This document shows positions 5,712 through 6,861 of a DNA stretch of 6,861 bases, in pieces. Origin of the DNA: a virus. Position numbers and translations under genes: made by a program. The stretch covers positions 1 to 6,861 of IMG/VR virus record IMGVR_UViG_3300029335_000087; one strand, written 5' to 3'. Positions within the stretch are counted from its first letter, which is position 1; each line of letters opens with the position of its first letter. The notes beneath the pieces were generated by a model. That model saw only the letters and a program-made list of their open reading frames with translations, searched no databases and had not been told where the DNA came from.

Positions 5712-5775
5712 AAAATCATGGAAAGGAGATAAGAACAAATAAGAGGCAAAGCCACTGGAAAGGAGAAACGGCACA

Positions 5776-5895
5776 ATGGGTAAGAAAAAGAAACAAAAGA
5801 AAAAGCCTATCGAATGGCGAGACCTGACAATCAACGCATTGATAGACTTAATCATAGGCATAATACTTATCATAATCGGTAAGTACATAGGTTAG
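5776..5895 (+). CDS. Unlisted small ORF: 39-aa membrane peptide MGKKKKQKKKPIEWRDLTINALIDLIIGIILIIIGKYIG
   Basis: Below the ORF-track size cutoff. ATG 5776 follows GGAAAGGAG (5758-5765) by 10 nt, and the stop TAG is at 5893-5895. A poly-Lys N-terminus is followed by one about 20-residue hydrophobic helix. It is the first ORF after the consensus promoter. Confidence 0.5.
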   Translation: MGKKKKQKKKPIEWRDLTINALIDLIIGIILIIIGKYIG

Positions 5896-5934
5896 GGCGA
5901 AAGCCCTAACCGACAGGCGGGCGATAAGCCCGCC
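5890..5934. other. Two tandem GC-rich stem-loops
   Basis: Hairpin 1: GGTTAGGGC-GAAA-GCCCTAACC (5890-5911), a 9-bp perfect stem with a GNRA loop that contains the small-ORF stop codon. Hairpin 2: GGCGGGC-GATAA-GCCCGCC (5916-5934), a 7-bp perfect stem. Neither is followed by a T-tract on either strand. Confidence 0.6.
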
Positions 5935-5944
5935 GCCTATAAAA

Positions 5945-5973
5945 AATATAACACAAACCCACAGCCGAGTAAA
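5945..5973 (-). promoter_or_regulatory. Candidate minus-strand extended -10 promoter (possible antisense RNA)
   Basis: The minus strand reads TTTACT (5973-5968), a 17-nt spacer, then TGt-TATATT (5953-5945). The predicted TSS is near 5938, so the transcript would begin with both hairpins and run antisense to the 39-aa ORF. No clear terminator was found. Confidence 0.3.
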
Positions 5974-5977
5974 GAGT

Positions 5978-6076
5978 ATGCTTTTGAAATTAGGAGTATT
6001 TTTAGTAGTAGTAGGACTGGTAAAGCTGCTTATTGCTTTCGTTTTGAGAGCAAAGGAAAAGAGAGGTAAGGCATGA
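5978..6076 (+). CDS. Unlisted small ORF: 32-aa hydrophobic peptide MLLKLGVFLVVVGLVKLLIAFVLRAKEKRGKA
   Basis: An N-terminal transmembrane-like helix is followed by a K/R-rich tail. The stop TGA (6074-6076) overlaps the xre-like ATG (6073-6075) as ATGA. The RBS is weak (AAAGAG only 1 nt from the ATG, or GAG 8 nt upstream). Confidence 0.35.
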   Translation: MLLKLGVFLVVVGLVKLLIAFVLRAKEKRGKA

Positions 6077-6270
6077 ACTTAGGCGAGAACATAAGGAAAG
6101 CACGAAAAGCGGCGGGCGTTTCACAGTCAGAACTTGCGGAACGCCTGCAAGTCCACCAGAAAGATATAAGCAGGTGGGAGAATGGGGCGCACGCACCGAC
6201 AATAGAAATGTTTGCGAAAATATGCAGAGAGCTTAACGTCTCTGCTGATGAAATTTTAGAATTGAAGTAG
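6073..6270 (+). CDS. Xre/Cro-C1-family helix-turn-helix transcriptional regulator (65 aa)
   Basis: NIRKARKAAGVSQSELAERLQVHQKDISRWENGAHAPTIEMFAKICRELNVSADEIL is a textbook HTH_3 domain. RBS AAAGAGAGG lies upstream. Confidence 0.85.
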   Translation: MNLGENIRKARKAAGVSQSELAERLQVHQKDISRWENGAHAPTIEMFAKICRELNVSADEILELK

Positions 6271-6291
6271 ATACGAAAGCGAGGGCTTACT

Positions 6292-6786
6292 ATGACAAAG
6301 AAAAAGGTAATTTTAGTGGCAGCGGCTGCACTATTTGCAGTAAGCGGTTTAACGGCGCTGCCGTCTGGAAATATAACAGGTGGGGCGGGCTGCATTGTGG
6401 TTGCGGCAGTATGCGCCTATTTTGGACTGAAAAAGAAAAGCGCAGGAAAAGAGAACGGAAACAGAACGCCAGCGCCTGCCGCCGCATCTGGTAGCAGGGT
6501 TTTAGATACAATCAGAACGAAAGTAGTAGGCGTGACATTCAATAATGAGGACGGAGAAAACAGGCAGGATATTTTAAGCAGAATGTCCGGCAGTGAAGAT
6601 ATTACAGTAGAAAAGTACACATACAACGGAGAGCCTGCCGCATACGTAAAGTGGGGCGATAAGGTAATAGGCAATCTATCGGCAGAGCTGGCGGGGGACT
6701 TAGCGAGAAAGTACCCGAAAGCTCGCTACACCGCAGAAATACTGGAAATTTCTGGGGGGGGGTACAGACGTTCGGGTGCAATATAG
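6292..6786 (+). CDS. Membrane-anchored HIRAN-like domain protein, reading frame interrupted at a G9 tract
   Basis: The N-terminus has two hydrophobic segments flanked by KKK (VILVAAAALFAVSGLTAL and GGAGCIVVAAVCAYFGL). KVVGVTFNN...RQDIL...ITVEKYTYNGEPAAYVKWGDKVIGNLSAELAGDL matches the HIRAN pattern (vvGvxy...L.rEpxNxyDxnAixVxxxxxxiGyl). After G9 the frame stops within 10 codons, while the -1 frame stays open to the window end. Confidence 0.65.
   Translation: MTKKKVILVAAAALFAVSGLTALPSGNITGGAGCIVVAAVCAYFGLKKKSAGKENGNRTPAPAAASGSRVLDTIRTKVVGVTFNNEDGENRQDILSRMSGSEDITVEKYTYNGEPAAYVKWGDKVIGNLSAELAGDLARKYPKARYTAEILEISGGGYRRSGAI
6754..6762 (+). repeat. Homopolymeric G9 tract inside a coding region
   Basis: Counted directly: TCT GGGGGGGGG TAC, with G at 6754-6762. 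Confidence 0.95.
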
Positions 6787-6861
6787 AGCTTGACGTAATC
6801 GAGGACGCAACGCCCAGCGTAAGCCAGCATACGGGAGAAACTACAGTATATGTAGACCGTA

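Noticed and set aside
5658-6674. Minus-strand ORFs 5658..5888, 6002..6202, 6030..6395, 6290..6511 and 6417..6674.
   Set aside because: They are shadow frames of the small-peptide, xre and HIRAN genes. No start context or recognisable motif is present.

Overview
All real coding is on the + strand, and the window splits into two halves by composition. The organism looks like a low-GC Firmicute of the Clostridia type; that is inference from tRNA features, GGAGG-type ribosome-binding sites (RBS) and protein families.

(1) Positions 1-2290 are AT-richer core DNA. They hold a seven-gene tRNA array (Asp-Val-Thr-Tyr-fMet-Phe-Lys, none encoding CCA) closed by an intrinsic terminator, then a DUF362-family gene with its own terminator.

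(2) From about 2290 to 6861 the sequence is visibly GC-richer and purine-skewed, and looks like a phage-derived island. It contains:
- an acidic orphan protein;
- an IS30-type helix-turn-helix (HTH) fragment;
- a siphovirus tail module: HK97-gp10-like, tail-terminator-like, major tail, assembly chaperone and tape measure protein (TMP).

The tail module appears collapsed by three internal deletions, with junctions at about 3176-3206, 4664-4693 and 5467/5468. The last one fuses the tape-measure N-terminus in frame to the final ~46 aa of an SH3b wall-binding domain of the kind found at endolysin C-termini.

After a strong terminator comes a moron-like cassette (prophage accessory genes with their own promoter) that the ORF track only half shows:
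- a perfect TTGACA-17-TATAAT promoter with an embedded 9-2-9 palindrome;
- two unlisted small hydrophobic peptides of 39 and 32 aa, the first opposed by a possible convergent antisense promoter and the second ATGA-coupled to an Xre repressor gene;
- a membrane-tethered HIRAN-like protein whose frame breaks at a G9 tract.

This cassette is my best candidate for an undescribed toxin/exclusion-type system. All family assignments are from remembered motifs, not searches.
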